A stretch of 64,000 nucleotides of DNA from Macrostomum hystrix (GCA_950097015.1 CATNEN010000007.1:5704001-5768000), one strand, 5' to 3'. Shown: positions 13,145 to 25,651, counted from the first letter of the stretch. Made by a program: numbers and translations. The notes: generated by a model from the sequence alone, not told the origin.

Positions 13145-13955
13145 GGTTTTGAGTACCCTACTCTAAGAATCGGGTGAGGTTTTGAGTATACCTGACTCTA
13201 GAAGCTGGTGGGTTTTGTGTATACCTGACTCTAGAAGCTGGTGGGTTTTGAGTATACCTGACTCTAGAAGCTGGTGGGTTTTGTGTATACCTGACTCTAG
13301 AAGCTGGTGGGTTTTGTGTATACCTGACTCTAGAAGCTGGTGGGTTTTGAGTATACCTGACTCTAGAAGCTGGTGGGTTTTGAGTATACCTGACTCTAGA
13401 AGCTTGTTAGGTTTTGAGTATACCTGACTCTAGAAGCTCGTTGGTTTTGAGTATACCTGACTCTAGAAGCTGGTGGGTTTTGAGTATACCTGACTCTAGA
13501 AGCTGGTGGGTTTTGAGTATACCTGACTCTAGAAGCTCGTTAGGTTTTGAGTATACCTGACTCTAGAAGCTCGTTAGGTTTTGAGTATACCTGACTCTAG
13601 AAGCTGGTGGGTTTTGAGTATACCTGACTCTAGAAGCTGGTGGGTTTTGAGTATACCTGACTCTAGAAGCTCGTTAGGTTTTGAGTATACCTGACTCTAG
13701 AAGCTCGTTAGGTTTTGAGTATACCTGACTCTAGAAGCTGGTAGGTTTTGAGTATACCTGACTCTAGAAGCTGGTGGGGTTTTGAGTATACCTGACTCTA
13801 GAAGCTGGTGGGTTTTGAGTATACCTGACTCTAGAAGCTGGTGTGTTTTGTGTATACCTGACTCTAGAAACGGGTGCGGGTTTGAGTTTACCTGACTCTA
13901 GAAGCTGGTGGGGTTTTGAGTATACATGACTCTAGAAACTGGTGCGGGTTTGAGT
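13145..13955. repeat. 33-bp minisatellite (GAGTATACCTGACTCTAGAAGCTGGTGGGTTTT)n
   Basis: About 24 copies between SF3B4 and PBDC1. Confidence 0.96.
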
Positions 13956-14056
13956 TCTTGACCTCACTTTGGTCTCCATATTTTGCTTATTCGGTGTCAA
14001 TGTGAAAATCATTTAAGGTTTATTTCCATTTCAAACGCTTTTTAGCCCAGCAAGTC

Positions 14057-14542
14057 ATGGTAGACACGGACGCCAAAAACTACATTAACGAACCGTCAGT
14101 AGAGCACGCTTGGCTTGAGAAGGCCTGCCGACACGCCTCCACGCACTGGAATCTGCTGCGCCTCATGTCCGCCAACCCGGAGAAGCTGCGCCTCACGCCC
14201 CAGGATGACGCGATCTACGCCGAGTTCCGCGCCAGATTTCCCGACCTCAGGGTTGGCCAGCTGGTTGAGGCCGAGCTGAAATCCGACTCGGCCAAGGCCG
14301 CCTGGAGGCAGTTCTGCCAGCTGTTCGAGGAGACAGTCGGCGAGTACAACTTCGGCACCCTGCTCAGGCTGGACTCGGCTGGCGACTACTCGGAGAACAA
14401 CACCACCCTGGTGCCGCGCATCCAGTTCCTGGCGGTGGAGGTGGCCCGCAATCGGGAGGGCTTCAATCGCGGCCTGGACAGCCTGGTGCTCAGCCATGAC
14501 GCGGTCGGTGGTGACAGAGCGGCGGGCAGCGAGGCTTCCTGA
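14057..14542 (+). CDS. PBDC1: Polysaccharide biosynthesis domain-containing protein 1 (CXorf26/YPL225W family), 161 aa
   Basis: Family motifs LRLTPQDDAIYAEFRARFP, ELKS..AK..WR.FC, YNFGTLLRLD, N...VPRIQFLAVEVARNREG. GC-rich codons. Splice acceptor TTTTTAG at 14045. Confidence 0.92.
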   Translation: MVDTDAKNYINEPSVEHAWLEKACRHASTHWNLLRLMSANPEKLRLTPQDDAIYAEFRARFPDLRVGQLVEAELKSDSAKAAWRQFCQLFEETVGEYNFGTLLRLDSAGDYSENNTTLVPRIQFLAVEVARNREGFNRGLDSLVLSHDAVGGDRAAGSEAS

Positions 14543-14546
14543 CAAA

Positions 14547-14700
14547 ACTGATTTAGGATATCCCAGAACTGATTTAGGATATCCCAGAACTGATTTAGGA
14601 TATTCCAGAACTAATTTAGTAAATCCTCGAACTGATGTACAAAATCCCGAAACTGATTTAGGAATTTCAAAAGGAGATTTAGGAAATCCGAAATCAGTTT
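14547..14700. repeat. Degenerate 21-bp repeat (AACTGATTTAGGATATCCCAG)n immediately after the PBDC1 stop
   Basis: Directly visible, about 7 decaying copies. Confidence 0.8.
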
Positions 14701-15364
14701 CGATTTGTCGATGCCGCAGCTCGTTAGTTCCGATATCCGTTGCTTTTTTATTCTCGTAAAACCCTTTTACGAGTTTTTCCGACAAAGTTTTACAATCCTT
14801 CAGACTGAACCGCTTACAATTCTGAAGTCCCCTAAATCGAAAATATTTTAGTACCAGAAATCTAAAATGTTTTGCAATCGTGCATTGTTCGGAAATGTTT
14901 GTCCATCCGATTTCAATTGAAGGGTTGTTATTTTTTGTAATAATTTTCCACCGCAACCGCTTCGTTACGCAATATCACAAAACTATTTGGAAATTTTTCA
15001 CGCTGCTAAATGCCACAATTGCTGCTCTCATTGAAACTCTAGTGTCAGGTTTGAGATCGGAACTGTCGCTTTGGCCTTTTCTGAGCTTGCATTTTTCCTC
15101 ACACTGACTTCGCTTGCTTACCTGAGTTGGGCCGATTCCACCGCGCCATAAAACTTACCCTGTATTTATTGTCTAAAGTGTAAGTACAAATTTTGCTTCG
15201 ATTTTAATCAATTTGAAGCAGATTTAAGCATACGAGAATATCTAGACCTTTGAGTATGTTCATACTTGCGCCCTGATGTTGCCGAGTACAGACTATGGAT
15301 TAAATGGCATTTCCAGCTGACTCGACTTAAGGGATTCACTTTTTTGGTTTGCTCTTTATTCATG

Positions 15365-15830
15365 CACTGAAGGATCAGGGGTAGATCTGAGGGGGCACTA
15401 AAGGATCATGGGGTAGATCTGAGGGGGCACTAAAGGATCATGGGGTAGATCTGAGGGGGCACTAAAGGATCATGGGGTAGATCTGAGGGGGCACTAAAGG
15501 ATCATGGGGTAGATCTGAGGGGGCACTAAAGGATCATGGGGTAGATCTGAGGGGGCACTAAAGGATCATGGGGTAGATCTGAGGGGGCACAAAAGGATCA
15601 TGGGGTAGATCTGAGGGGGCACAAAAGGATCATGGGGTAGATCTGAGGGGGCACTAAAGGATCATGGGGTAGATCTGAGGGGGCGCCAAATGATCATGGG
15701 GTAGATCTGAGGGGGCACAAAAGGATCATGGGGTAGATCTGAGGGGGCACAAAAGGATCATGGGGTAGATCTGAGGGGGCACAAAAGGATCATGGGGTAG
15801 ATTTGAGGGGCACTAAAATATCATGGGGTG
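15365..15830. repeat. 32-bp minisatellite (GGATCATGGGGTAGATCTGAGGGGGCACTAAA)n
   Basis: About 14 copies. Confidence 0.96.
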
Positions 15831-16135
15831 TATTGGATGCAACACTGTAAGGATTCTTGAACGCCAACGAGTGCGTACTCGTAATTGGCAAAAGAACGAG
15901 TTAGCGTTAATGAATCGCATTCTTAATTGATTATTTCACTGTACATTCTGCCCAAAAAGGAGGATGCTGGCGGGGGGGTTATTCCACACCTATGATGTAT
16001 TAGACCGAAAGGAGACTGCCATTACTGCCATGAGTGACAAATTCTGCACGCTTGAACGTGCAAGATCAGAAATTCTGCACGCTTGAACGTGCAAGATCGG
16101 CAATTCTGCTTGGAGAATCAAATTAGAATGTAGGA

Positions 16136-16241
16136 TTGCCTCTAGGCTTTTGACTTTTGAGTGCGGTAATGGTCTATGGCACGAGGGCGCTACGCACCCT
16201 GGTGCCATAGACCATTACCGCACTCAAAAACCTAGTGGCAA
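16136..16241. repeat. Near-perfect palindrome/hairpin (28-bp perfect stem, extended to a 3-nt loop)
   Basis: TTTTGAGTGCGGTAATGGTCTATGGCAC (16155-16182) is the exact reverse complement of 16202-16229. Inner AGGGCGC/GCACCCT and outer TTGCCTCTAGG/CCTAGTGGCAA also pair. Confidence 0.9.
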
Positions 16242-16360
16242 GCAAATTGTCCCTTGACTGAGCGTGCGTGGCTTCAGTCTTTGCGTCAGCCCTATCTTTC
16301 GATTATCTTGTTTAAAAATTAAGCTTCAAGTACAAAGTGTAATTTCGATCAAATTAATTC

Positions 16361-16585
16361 ATGGATTACACGAAAGAGAGCTTTGAAAAAAGCTTGCTGC
16401 AGACTCCGTCGTGGGCTCTCATAGCCTTCTGCGCTACCCTGGTTGTGCTTAGCCTACACTATTTCTACAACTTCGACTGCGTACGACCGGGTCTGCTGGA
16501 GCTGCACAACAGCGGCATGGCTGTGCCACACGGGAAATCCGGCAAGGCTGGCTCGCTTGATCAGAACAGCTCCCCAGATTGCTAG
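16361..16585 (+). CDS. Candidate 74-aa single-pass membrane microprotein
   Basis: ATG ORF in a GC-richer island with one hydrophobic segment (WALIAFCATLVVLSLHYFY). No recognised homolog. Confidence 0.4.
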   Translation: MDYTKESFEKSLLQTPSWALIAFCATLVVLSLHYFYNFDCVRPGLLELHNSGMAVPHGKSGKAGSLDQNSSPDC

Positions 16586-19163
16586 CATACTTTGCTTGTG
16601 CATCTTTGTAATAACGTGTACTGCCTGTTTGACCTATTCATAAGTTACCACTGTTAATACGAAATAAGATCGATCAGTGTTGAAATATTTTGTGAAGTAT
16701 TTGCATCTTGTCATTTGATTGCATATCCTCTTTAAAAATATTATTCAGTGGGCTTGTAAGTTGCTAATATATAGAACAGTGTACTTAAAAAGTGTAATTT
16801 TAGACAAAGTGTCAGTATATTTACTACTCAAATTGTTTTCGTTACGGGCTTTTGATAAAATTTCGGACTACCATAATCAAATTACTAGGCATTAAACCTG
16901 TGGGACAAAGACTAGCGATTGACAGGAAAACTGGACACGAAGCCGCCCTTTTAACATTGCGCGATCGTTATAGTATTGGCACAGAGTGTATAAGATGCGA
17001 AAAAACTGGCAGAGGTGAAATAAAAACAGAAAAAGGTCAATCAAGTCAAGTGAATAGTAAAGAGCATGCCAAGCGAAAAGAAAAATGAAAGAAATACTGT
17101 TAATATTATGCATGTACGCTCGTAAATCTCAGAAAATATCTTCCATATAAAAAATAGCTTTCGTTTCTAGCTTTGGTCCTAAATTATGTGAAATTCTTAT
17201 GGTTTCACCACATTTAAGAGATAATATGGACTTTTAAAAAATAATATCTATAATATAAAGCCTTAGTATAATATTCCTTGAATCCTTGTAAATATGTTTT
17301 TGTAAGAGTTTTCGTTGCGCGATAATTCATATTCAATTTACGGTATCCTTTTCTTCGAAAGCTCACAATGAATTCGAGAGTCAACTAACGAAGTTACACA
17401 AACCAGCAGGGTAGTATTTCTATGAAATGGAAATAACCGTGGTGGTCTATTATATATGCTTTATTTTGCCTTGACTATTTATCAAAGTTAAGATACGATA
17501 GTTTAGAACCCAAAAGTCTAGTTCTTTTTGTTCAGCAATTATTGGGAAATAGGGTTTACTATATTTTGTGTTATACATATTTTTATTTTAATTGATGTTA
17601 TCTAACTGTATAATTTTATGTAGTTTTGAATCATCGTCATTAATAATAGTTGGCATAAGCCAGGTAATAGTGGTTTAATTTAAGCTAGGCCTAATGATTC
17701 TGACAATTTTTTAAAACATTCATAAGAATTTACAAATTAATTTGCATTTGTGTTGTGCCCTACAATGTGATAAAAATTTTAATAAGTGAAATATTGAGTA
17801 CTTCAAAATGAAAATACATTCATTCTTACTAGTTTTTTGCTTCTTTCATGTTTTTAGGCCTATGATTTAAGCAGTTTTTATTTTGCTTATTCACTATCTA
17901 GTACCAAGTCAGTTGCTAAAGTAAAGTATATCATTTCCCCATTAGAAATAAAAATATATACACAGACTTAGTCCCTGTAGAGCCTTTAGTGAACATATTA
18001 TTATTATTAATATATATTTAGTTATGTAAGCTTTTCATTAAAATATTTAGCAGTATAATCTCTTAGGCAGTTCAATTTTCAGCTAGAAACAAATAAAGCA
18101 GGGTAACGTGGTCATTGTAAGCATTTTCTGTTATTTTGGCTGTACATAAAAATTATGTAGCTTGATAAAGCATATATGGCCTAGCAAATCTACATTTTAA
18201 GAGCTGTGATTAGGTCTAGATTAAAAAGCAACAAAAATACCAAATTTCAGTATTCTTGTACTTAGCCTATGGGGTTGACCTTCATATGCGCAAATTTCAT
18301 GACATCTGGCTGGTATAAGTTAGAGGCATCTGACCACTTTGACTTTAACCTCTCTGTTTCAACCATTTCACATGTCTGTCATTTTTATGAACTTACTTCT
18401 TTTGTACCAGTGAAGATGGTTTGGTTAACTATATGCATAAAATTTATAGCAAAAGTCTTTAAGTCAGAATTATATATATAAAACTTACTTGAAGCTTTGA
18501 TATCTTTAAGAAAATGTCCTCTGTGAACAGTTGATGTTTTTAACCATTTTTTATACTTTTCCGAAAATTTCCAGCTTTCATTCACCTCTAAATTTGAGTT
18601 TCAACCTGGAAGAAGCCCTAATGCAGTCTCTAGCAACACCTGATGGTAATTTAAACATTTTCATTTATAAAGTCTAAAAAGTGATTTAAAAAAGTCTAGT
18701 GGTGTACTGATGTCAAGACCAAGGCCAGTCTTTTAATGCCTAAATAAAAAAATGCCTTTTTAGATTGCAATAGTGTCTAAAACTTTCATTTTCTGTCTGC
18801 GCTAAGAACTGGGACACAATAGTGTACAAGTTTCTGATGTACTTTTATTTCTTACACGCTCTTCCTTTCTTGCTTGAATTCCAATTCTTTGTGTTCAAAA
18901 AACTTAATCTTTGGTCAATATTGCCAGGCTTTGATTGATTGCTCTGCTGCGGAAAATTGCTCAAGTTTTTTATGGCTGTATATAAGTGCTCATTTAGTAA
19001 ATATTGACCCACTGTGCAAATAATGATGCAGTTTATATTGCTGACAAAGTTTTGTTAGTAGAGTATATGAAGAAAATTTTTGTTGACTGATCAACTGCTG
19101 GCAGCTCATCGGGAGAAACAGTTGGCGAATTTAAATTTAAGGCCCTCCCTGCCTCTGCTCACC

Positions 19164-19505
19164 AGTCTGATTCCATGTGGATTGCTAGTCTGATCCCATG
19201 TGGATTGCTAGTCTGATTCCATGTGGATTGCTAGTCTGATCCCATGTGGATTGCTAGTCTGATTCCATGTGGATTGCTAGTCTGATCCCATGTGGATTGC
19301 TAGTCTGATCCCATGTGGATTGCTAGTCTGATCCCATGTGGATTGCTAGTCTGATCCCATGTGGATTGCTAGTCTGATTCCATGTGGATTGCTAGTCTGA
19401 TTCCATGTGGATTGCTAGTCTGATTCCATGTGGATTGCTAGTCTGATCCCATGTGGATTGCTAGTCTGATCCCATGTGGATTGCTAGTCTGACCCATTGT
19501 GGATT
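19164..19505. repeat. 23-bp minisatellite (CTAGTCTGAT[C/T]CCATGTGGATTG)n
   Basis: About 14 copies. Related to the array at 21024-21534. Confidence 0.95.
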
Positions 19506-20089
19506 CGTCATGTGTAAGCCCAGTCATCCGTCATGTGTAAGCTCGGCCGCCAGCCCACACACTCAGAGCCTTAAGGGAAATGCTTGTGATTAAGATGGCC
19601 GATCTCGCATTGCTGGGATGGGATCTGTCTTCTCATCCCACTGGCAGAATTTTGTCCCTCCTGTGTCGGACTTTGCTGACTCACTTGGATTATATCCAGG
19701 CCTCAGAGTCGCATATTTTATCCTCATTCCCCAGAGTGGGAATAGGAAACTTAAACAGTTTCTAAGAATCCTCGAAACATAAAACTGTACGATTAATATA
19801 GTTGGTTAATCCCATCTAACGGATTATAAATTTGGGATCAACTCAGTTCTTTTCTTCAATGCTCCTCTCTTATCCACAGCAAGAAACTTACTCGTTAGAA
19901 ATTCTTACGCGAACTAAATTGCTGGGATATAACTGGTATTGAATAGACTACTTGCAGTAGTTTATGATTATACTTTAGTTAGAATGAATTTCTATTGTAA
20001 CCTGCTTAATTTTATTCTGAACGAAAAAGGCAGAGCCTGCAACCTCCAGACCGCAAAGCTCGTGTTTCAACTCTTTCAATGTCTTATTT

Positions 20090-20375
20090 ATTCCTTGTCA
20101 CACCTCTCCCCATGTCTAATTTCTCCCCAAGTCTAATTTCTCCCCAAGTCTCATCTCTCCCCTTTCTTATCTCACCTTTTTTATATCTCCACATGTCTTA
20201 TCTCCCCCTTTCTCATCTCTCCCCTTTCTCATCTCTCCCCTTCTCATCTCTCCCCTTTCTCATCTCTCCCCACGTCTAATCCCTACCCTTTCTTCTCATC
20301 TCTTCCCTGTCACATCTCAACCCCGTCTCATTTTCCCCTGTCTCATATCTCCCCATGTCTAATCCCTACCCTTGC
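20090..20375. repeat. Degenerate pyrimidine-rich repeat (TCTCATCTCTCCCC-type)
   Basis: Low-complexity tandem motifs just upstream of the APBB WW exon. Confidence 0.75.
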
Positions 20376-20391
20376 CGCCTTTGCGGTACAG

Positions 20392-23381
20392 TGACCCTAA
20401 CTCCGAATCTCCTGCTAATGATTATTCATCCGAAGAGTCCCAGCTGTGTCTGCCGGCTGGCTGGGAGGCGCATGAGGACGAGGCCGGGCCATACTATTGG
20501 CACGTGCCCTCCGGCACAATCCGGCGAGATCCGCCTGGGCCGGCCGACCAACCGGTGCGGCCAAAGAGCTTCCTGGGCTGCTGTGAGTGACAGCTCGTCC
20601 CCGTTTTTTGTACTTTAATAATGCACCGACTGACCTTTCCATGAATGCCCCGCCCGCCTGCAGCTGTGGATGATTTCAGAGTTTGCGGCGTCGGTGTCGG
20701 CGGCGGCAGCAACGGCAACGACTCTTCGTCAACTGTTTCCTCTCCGTCGACAGCGTCCGCTACGACAGGCCCGGCGACGTCGCCGACTTCGGTCGGAATC
20801 GCCGCCACCAGCGCCGCTGCTGTGGATGCCGAGGCGGACTCGGATTCTGTAGCAAGTGCCACTCTAGAATTCCGCGTCCGCTACCTGGGCTGGCGCTACC
20901 TGGACCCGGATGATGTGGCCAGGGCCGAGCGCTCCAGCGGAGCCGTGAATCGCTGCATTGTGGCTCTGGCGGCTGCTGAAGCCTCAGGCGATCTGGTGAG
21001 GCTGTCGGACCTCCCCATTCTTTAGTCTGATCCAGTGTGGATTGCTAGTCTAATCCAGTGTGGATTGCTAGTCTGATCCTGTGTGGATTGCTAGTCTAAT
21101 CCAGTGTGGATTGCTAGTCTGATCCTGTGTGGATTGCTAGTCTGATCCTGTGTGGATTGCTAGTCTGATCCTGTGTGGATTGCTAGTCTGATCCTGTGTG
21201 GATTGCTAGTCTGATCCAGTGTGGATTGCTAGTCTAATCCAGTGTGGATTGCTAGTCTAATCCAGTGTGGATTGCTAGTCTAATCCAGTGTGGATTGCTA
21301 GTCTAATCCAGTGTGGATTGCTAGTCTAATCCAGTGTGGATTGCTAGTCTAATCCAGTGTGGATTGCTAGTCTAATCCTGTGTGGATTGCTAGTCTAATC
21401 CAGTGTGGATTGCTAGTCTAATCCAGTGTGGATTGCTAGTCTGATCCTGTGTGGATTGCTAGTCTGATCCTGTGTGGATTGCTAGTCTAATCCTGTGTGG
21501 ATTGCTAGTCTAATCCAGTGTGGATTGCTAGTCTCGGTGTTTTGTTCCAACCCCAACCTGTGCTGGCCCGCAGCAACCGCAGGCAGCCAGGCTAGTGCTG
21601 AGTCGGCACAGTCTCAGCCTGCTACCAGCAGATTCCGTCCCTAGCGCCAGCGATTCTGATGAGCAGCCGCAGCTCATCCCAGCTCAGCCTCTGCTCGCCA
21701 TCAGACTTTGGGGAGTCGGTCGCCGCGGAACCAGCGCAGATCCCAGCGACTCAGCATCTGCGGCTTCATCAACGGCGGCCGGCGCAGCATCGTCGACCTC
21801 CACAGCTTCCGCCGGTCGTCACTTCGCCTACGTGGCTCGCGATGACGTCAACAAATATGTCTGTCACGTGCTAGACTGTCTGGACGTCGAAGACGCATCG
21901 GACGCGACAGCAACATCCGCTGTGCGCATCGCCAACGCCGTCTGCCAGCGCTGCCGTCGACTCATATCGCTACGTCGTCGGCGGCAGCAACAGCAGCAGC
22001 AATCAGCTTCGGTAAAAATAAAAGGCAGTAGAGTGGATGAGAAGGCAGCAGTGAGGGTGAGAAGGCAGCAGTGAGGGTGAGAAGGCAGCAGTGAGGGTGA
22101 GAAGGCAGCAGTGAGGGTGAGAAGACAGTAGTGGGGGTGAGAAGACAGTAGTTAGGGTGAGAAGGCAGCAGTGGGGGTGAGAAGACAGTAGTTAGGGTGA
22201 GAAGGCAGCAGTGGGGGTGAGAAGACAGTAGTTAGGGTGAGAAGGCAGCAGTGGGGGTGAGAAGACAGTAGTTAGGGTGAGAAGGCAGCAGTGGGGGTGA
22301 GAACCCAGCAGTGGGGGTGAGAAGGCAGCAGTGGGGTGAGAAGGCAACAGTGGGGGTGAGAAGACAGTAGTGAGGGTGAGAAGGCTGCAGTGGGGGTGAG
22401 AACCCAGCAGTGGGGGTGAGAAGGCAGCAGTGGGGTGAGAAGGCAGCAGTGGGGTGAGAAGACAGCAGTGGGGGTGAGAAGGCAGTACAGGGGAGAAAAC
22501 GCAGTCAATGATGTTTAACTGCTCACAATACTTTAATCAATCCCAGCTGCAGCATCAGCAGCAGAGGCGCCAGGATCTCCGCCTGCCCGTGGACACGGAC
22601 GCCCTGTTGTCAGCGTCGCCGTTTCCCTCGCCGCAGGAGGAGCCCAGCAAGTGCATCCCCTGCCTCTACCTGGGCTGCCTCCCTGTGGACGGTCCTGGCG
22701 GCCTGGACAGGCTCAACGCTGCCATAGACGCCGCTGTTGCTGAAGCGGCTGACGGCAGGCGCCAGGCCACGCCAGTCACCGCCCGGGTGTCGCCGTCCAG
22801 TCTGCGATTCGAACCCGCGACCTCCTCTTCAACTTCTTCCTCGGCGTTTTCTCTGTCGGAGTCACCGCTGCGTGCAGCCGTGGAACTGCGGGTTCGCTAC
22901 TTGTCCTTCATGGGCGTCAGCCGGGCCTCCGTCCGTCACGCCGGCTTCATCGCCCAGACGGCCCTAGGTGCATTTGAGTGCCACGTCTGCCGCTGCGAGC
23001 CCAGCTGCGGCCCGTTGTGCCGCACGGTCGAGGCCGCCTGCAACCTGCGCTACCAGAAGTGCCTGGACTCCCTGGCAGCCACGCCTGGCGCCGGGCGGCA
23101 CCGCCTCCCAGCTGGCGGCGACGATGGCGGATCTGGGAACGGCGGCGGCAGCGGGGTCAAGGTACGTTTCGAGTGGTTAGCAGTATTTAATAATCCTTTG
23201 TGGCATTTTTTCGCATTTTTTAATGAAAGACATATATATTCCCCTCTTCTGCGTCTCTTTGGTTGTCAATCGTTTCGTCTCACTAAATGAGATGGCATCC
23301 TTCTGTTCATCTTTTCAGTCCGATATTGTGCAAGCTGTCACTTCGCTGTTCAGCGGACTCAGGCGGCTCAGCATCAAGTGA
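20392..23381 (+). CDS. APBB: Fe65/APBB-family amyloid precursor protein-binding adaptor (WW-PTB-PTB); 5' exon(s) not resolved
   Basis: Exons 20392..20582, 20664..20995, 21574..22011, 22547..23161, 23319..23381 splice GT/AG in frame. WW (LPAGWE..EDEAGPYYWHVPSGT), PTB1 (FRVRYLGW..., IRLWGVGR, HFAYVARD), PTB2 (FPSP.EEP, YLG, RVRYLSFMGV, FECHV.RCEP, AC.LRYQKCLD). Confidence 0.9.
21024..21534. repeat. 23-bp intronic minisatellite (CTAGTCT[A/G]ATCC[A/T]GTGTGGATTG)n
   Basis: About 22 copies filling the APBB intron. Confidence 0.96.
22025..22500. repeat. About 20-bp intronic minisatellite (GTGAGAAGGCAGCAGTG[A/G]GG)n
   Basis: Fills APBB intron 22012-22546. Confidence 0.94.
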
Positions 23382-23455
23382 AATACCCGGCAACTCATGC
23401 CTTCCATTCTCTGAGCAACCTTCCAGAGGAGAATCTGGTGAGAGATATGGCGCGA

Positions 23456-23628
23456 AGGGTGGAGATGAATGGGAGAGGAGAGAGAATGGTGGAGATGAAG
23501 GGAAGAGGAGAGAGAATGGTGGAGATGAAGGGGAGAGGGAGTGATAATGGTGGAGATGAAGGGGAGAGGAGAGAGAATGGTGGAGATGAAGGGGAGAGGA
23601 GAGAGAATGGTGGAGATGAAGGGGAGAC
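23456..23628. repeat. About 30-bp purine-rich repeat (GAGAGAATGGTGGAGATGAAGGGGAGAGGA)n
   Basis: About 6 copies downstream of the APBB stop. Confidence 0.88.
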
Positions 23629-24394
23629 TGGGAGGTAAGAGAAGGGAGCTGGAGGGGTAGGAAGAAGTTCAAGATGCAATATAAGGTTGCAAGACATTTG
23701 CAGATTTTTTTGCAGTATATTTTGTAAACCATTGTTACAGATAGCAGCAGCAACAGCAGCTCCAGCCCGCTAGGCTGTGCGTTGAGTAACTTCCATAAAA
23801 GACGCAGTGGACAATCTCTGCCTAAATGAAGTTTTCTGTTGTCTTTGCAACTGACTTTTCACGCCCCTGTTTTTGTTGCTTTTTCCCCATTTTCTCGCAG
23901 CTTTCCTGGCTGTCAATCCTGCCGCCAGCCTCTCTATATTATCACCGGCTCCCTGCTGAAGGAACACTGTGTTCTGTTTTGTTTACACCGATACTACTCA
24001 TTCGTATGCACAAGTAGTGTGTAGTCGATATTTATTTATTTGTGCACCTTTTAAAGATATTAGAGGATTACTGATGTGATTGCAAAATGCAACTATATTT
24101 TTTAAGTTGTCCTTGTGATAATAGTTTTATGATATAATTCTTTTAACTTTTGTTTATTTTACGAATGCTCGATTTGATCATGAATGCAATAATTAAATAA
24201 AACTTAATTAAATAAAATAAATATGACCACTTACGATAGTGACATGTTTTTGGCATTCTGTCATTCCAGTGTCTAAGAATAAAGGCATTATTCCGGCTTT
24301 AGTGTCTTCTGTTCTGATTTTTTATGATGCAATAAGTGGTGCCTTCACTACGCTTGTCATTATAAGCCAAGATAATCTGAAAATCTGCCTTCAA

Positions 24395-24980
24395 GACTGT
24401 GTGAACGGCCTTTCAGACTGTGTGAACTGCCTTTCGGACTGTGTGAACGGCATGTATGGCTCTGTGAATGGCATGTAAGACTATGAATGTCTTGTAAGAC
24501 TGAATGGCATGTAAGACTGTGTGAAAGGAATGTAAAACTGAGTGAATGGAATGTAAGACTGTGTGAACGGAATGTAAAACTGAGTGAATGGAATGTAAGA
24601 CTGTGTGAACGGAAATAAAGACGGTTGTGAACAGCATTTAAGTCTGTGGGAAAAACAGTTTTAAGACTATGTGAACAGCCTCTCAGACTGTGTGACCAGC
24701 CTCTCAGACTGTGTGAACAGCCTCTCAAACTGTGTGAACAGCCTTTCCGACTTTAAACAGATTTAAGACTGAATGACATGTGAGACTGTGTGAACAGCTC
24801 TTAAGATTATGAAAAAAGCATTTTAGACTGTGAACAACCCTTCAAATTGTATGATAAGATGGTTAAGCTGTGTGAACAGCCTTTCAGACTGTGTGAACAG
24901 CCTTTCAGACTGTGTGAACAGCCTTTCAGACTGTGTGAACAGCTTTTCAGACTGTGTGAACCGATAGTAAAGCTGTGTGA
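24395..24980. repeat. Degenerate 21-bp repeat (AGACTGTGTGAACAGCCTTTC)n
   Basis: Visible, variably decayed copies. Confidence 0.85.
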
Positions 24981-25651
24981 CAGACAAAACAGTTGCCTGT
25001 TCTCTCTTTTGATTTGAATCGCACAATCGTGCCAAGCTTTAGAAGGACCAACAGAGATGGAAAATTCCGAGCCAGACCCAGTGCGATCCACCTTTTCAAA
25101 CCAACACGAACTGGCCAGTCTGGTTGGCTGCAGATTCTGCTCGTTTCTTCTTTCTTTTTAGAAAATTCTCTGTTCAACCCCCCTCCGCGCTTCATCGCAC
25201 ATTCATTATTAGCCGGCCCAACTCGCCAGAAACTAAGAGTATAGAGGGTCTCACAGGGACCCCGCGGACCCACTAGCTCAACACAATTTACATGGAGTGA
25301 GCATATGCAGAGCTTTGTAAGACTGGAAAGAGAAAAACGGAGGTCAATAACAATCATGAGCTGACTCGCCAGTTTTCGCTGAATGTACGCTCATCATTGA
25401 GATGTACACCAGGTGTACAGGCGAGCACGCTGGCTCAGGCACGAGGCCATTGTATGAGAAGTTTTCGCACCATTGTATAGAGTTACACACTTCCTTCGCT
25501 CATCTTTGAATCTACGTGGCCGGCATAAAAGCGCTCGACCTCTTCCGAGTTAGTGGCTGACTCACAGCCTTCAACTCTCACTGTGTTTATCTGGCCTTAA
25601 TTCGCTAGCCACAGATTCGCTACACACCATTGTGAGCAACAGCCAAGCAAA

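Noticed and set aside
14096-14956. 286-aa minus-strand ORF and similar antisense ORFs over SF3B4, the transposase, the GPCR and the retroelements
   Set aside because: Shadow ORFs of GC-rich coding sequence or repeats on the opposite strand.
16852-19765. Short ORFs in AT-rich DNA upstream of APBB, including 19580-19765 as a possible first exon
   Set aside because: No homology, codon bias or convincing in-phase donor. The APBB start was left unresolved.
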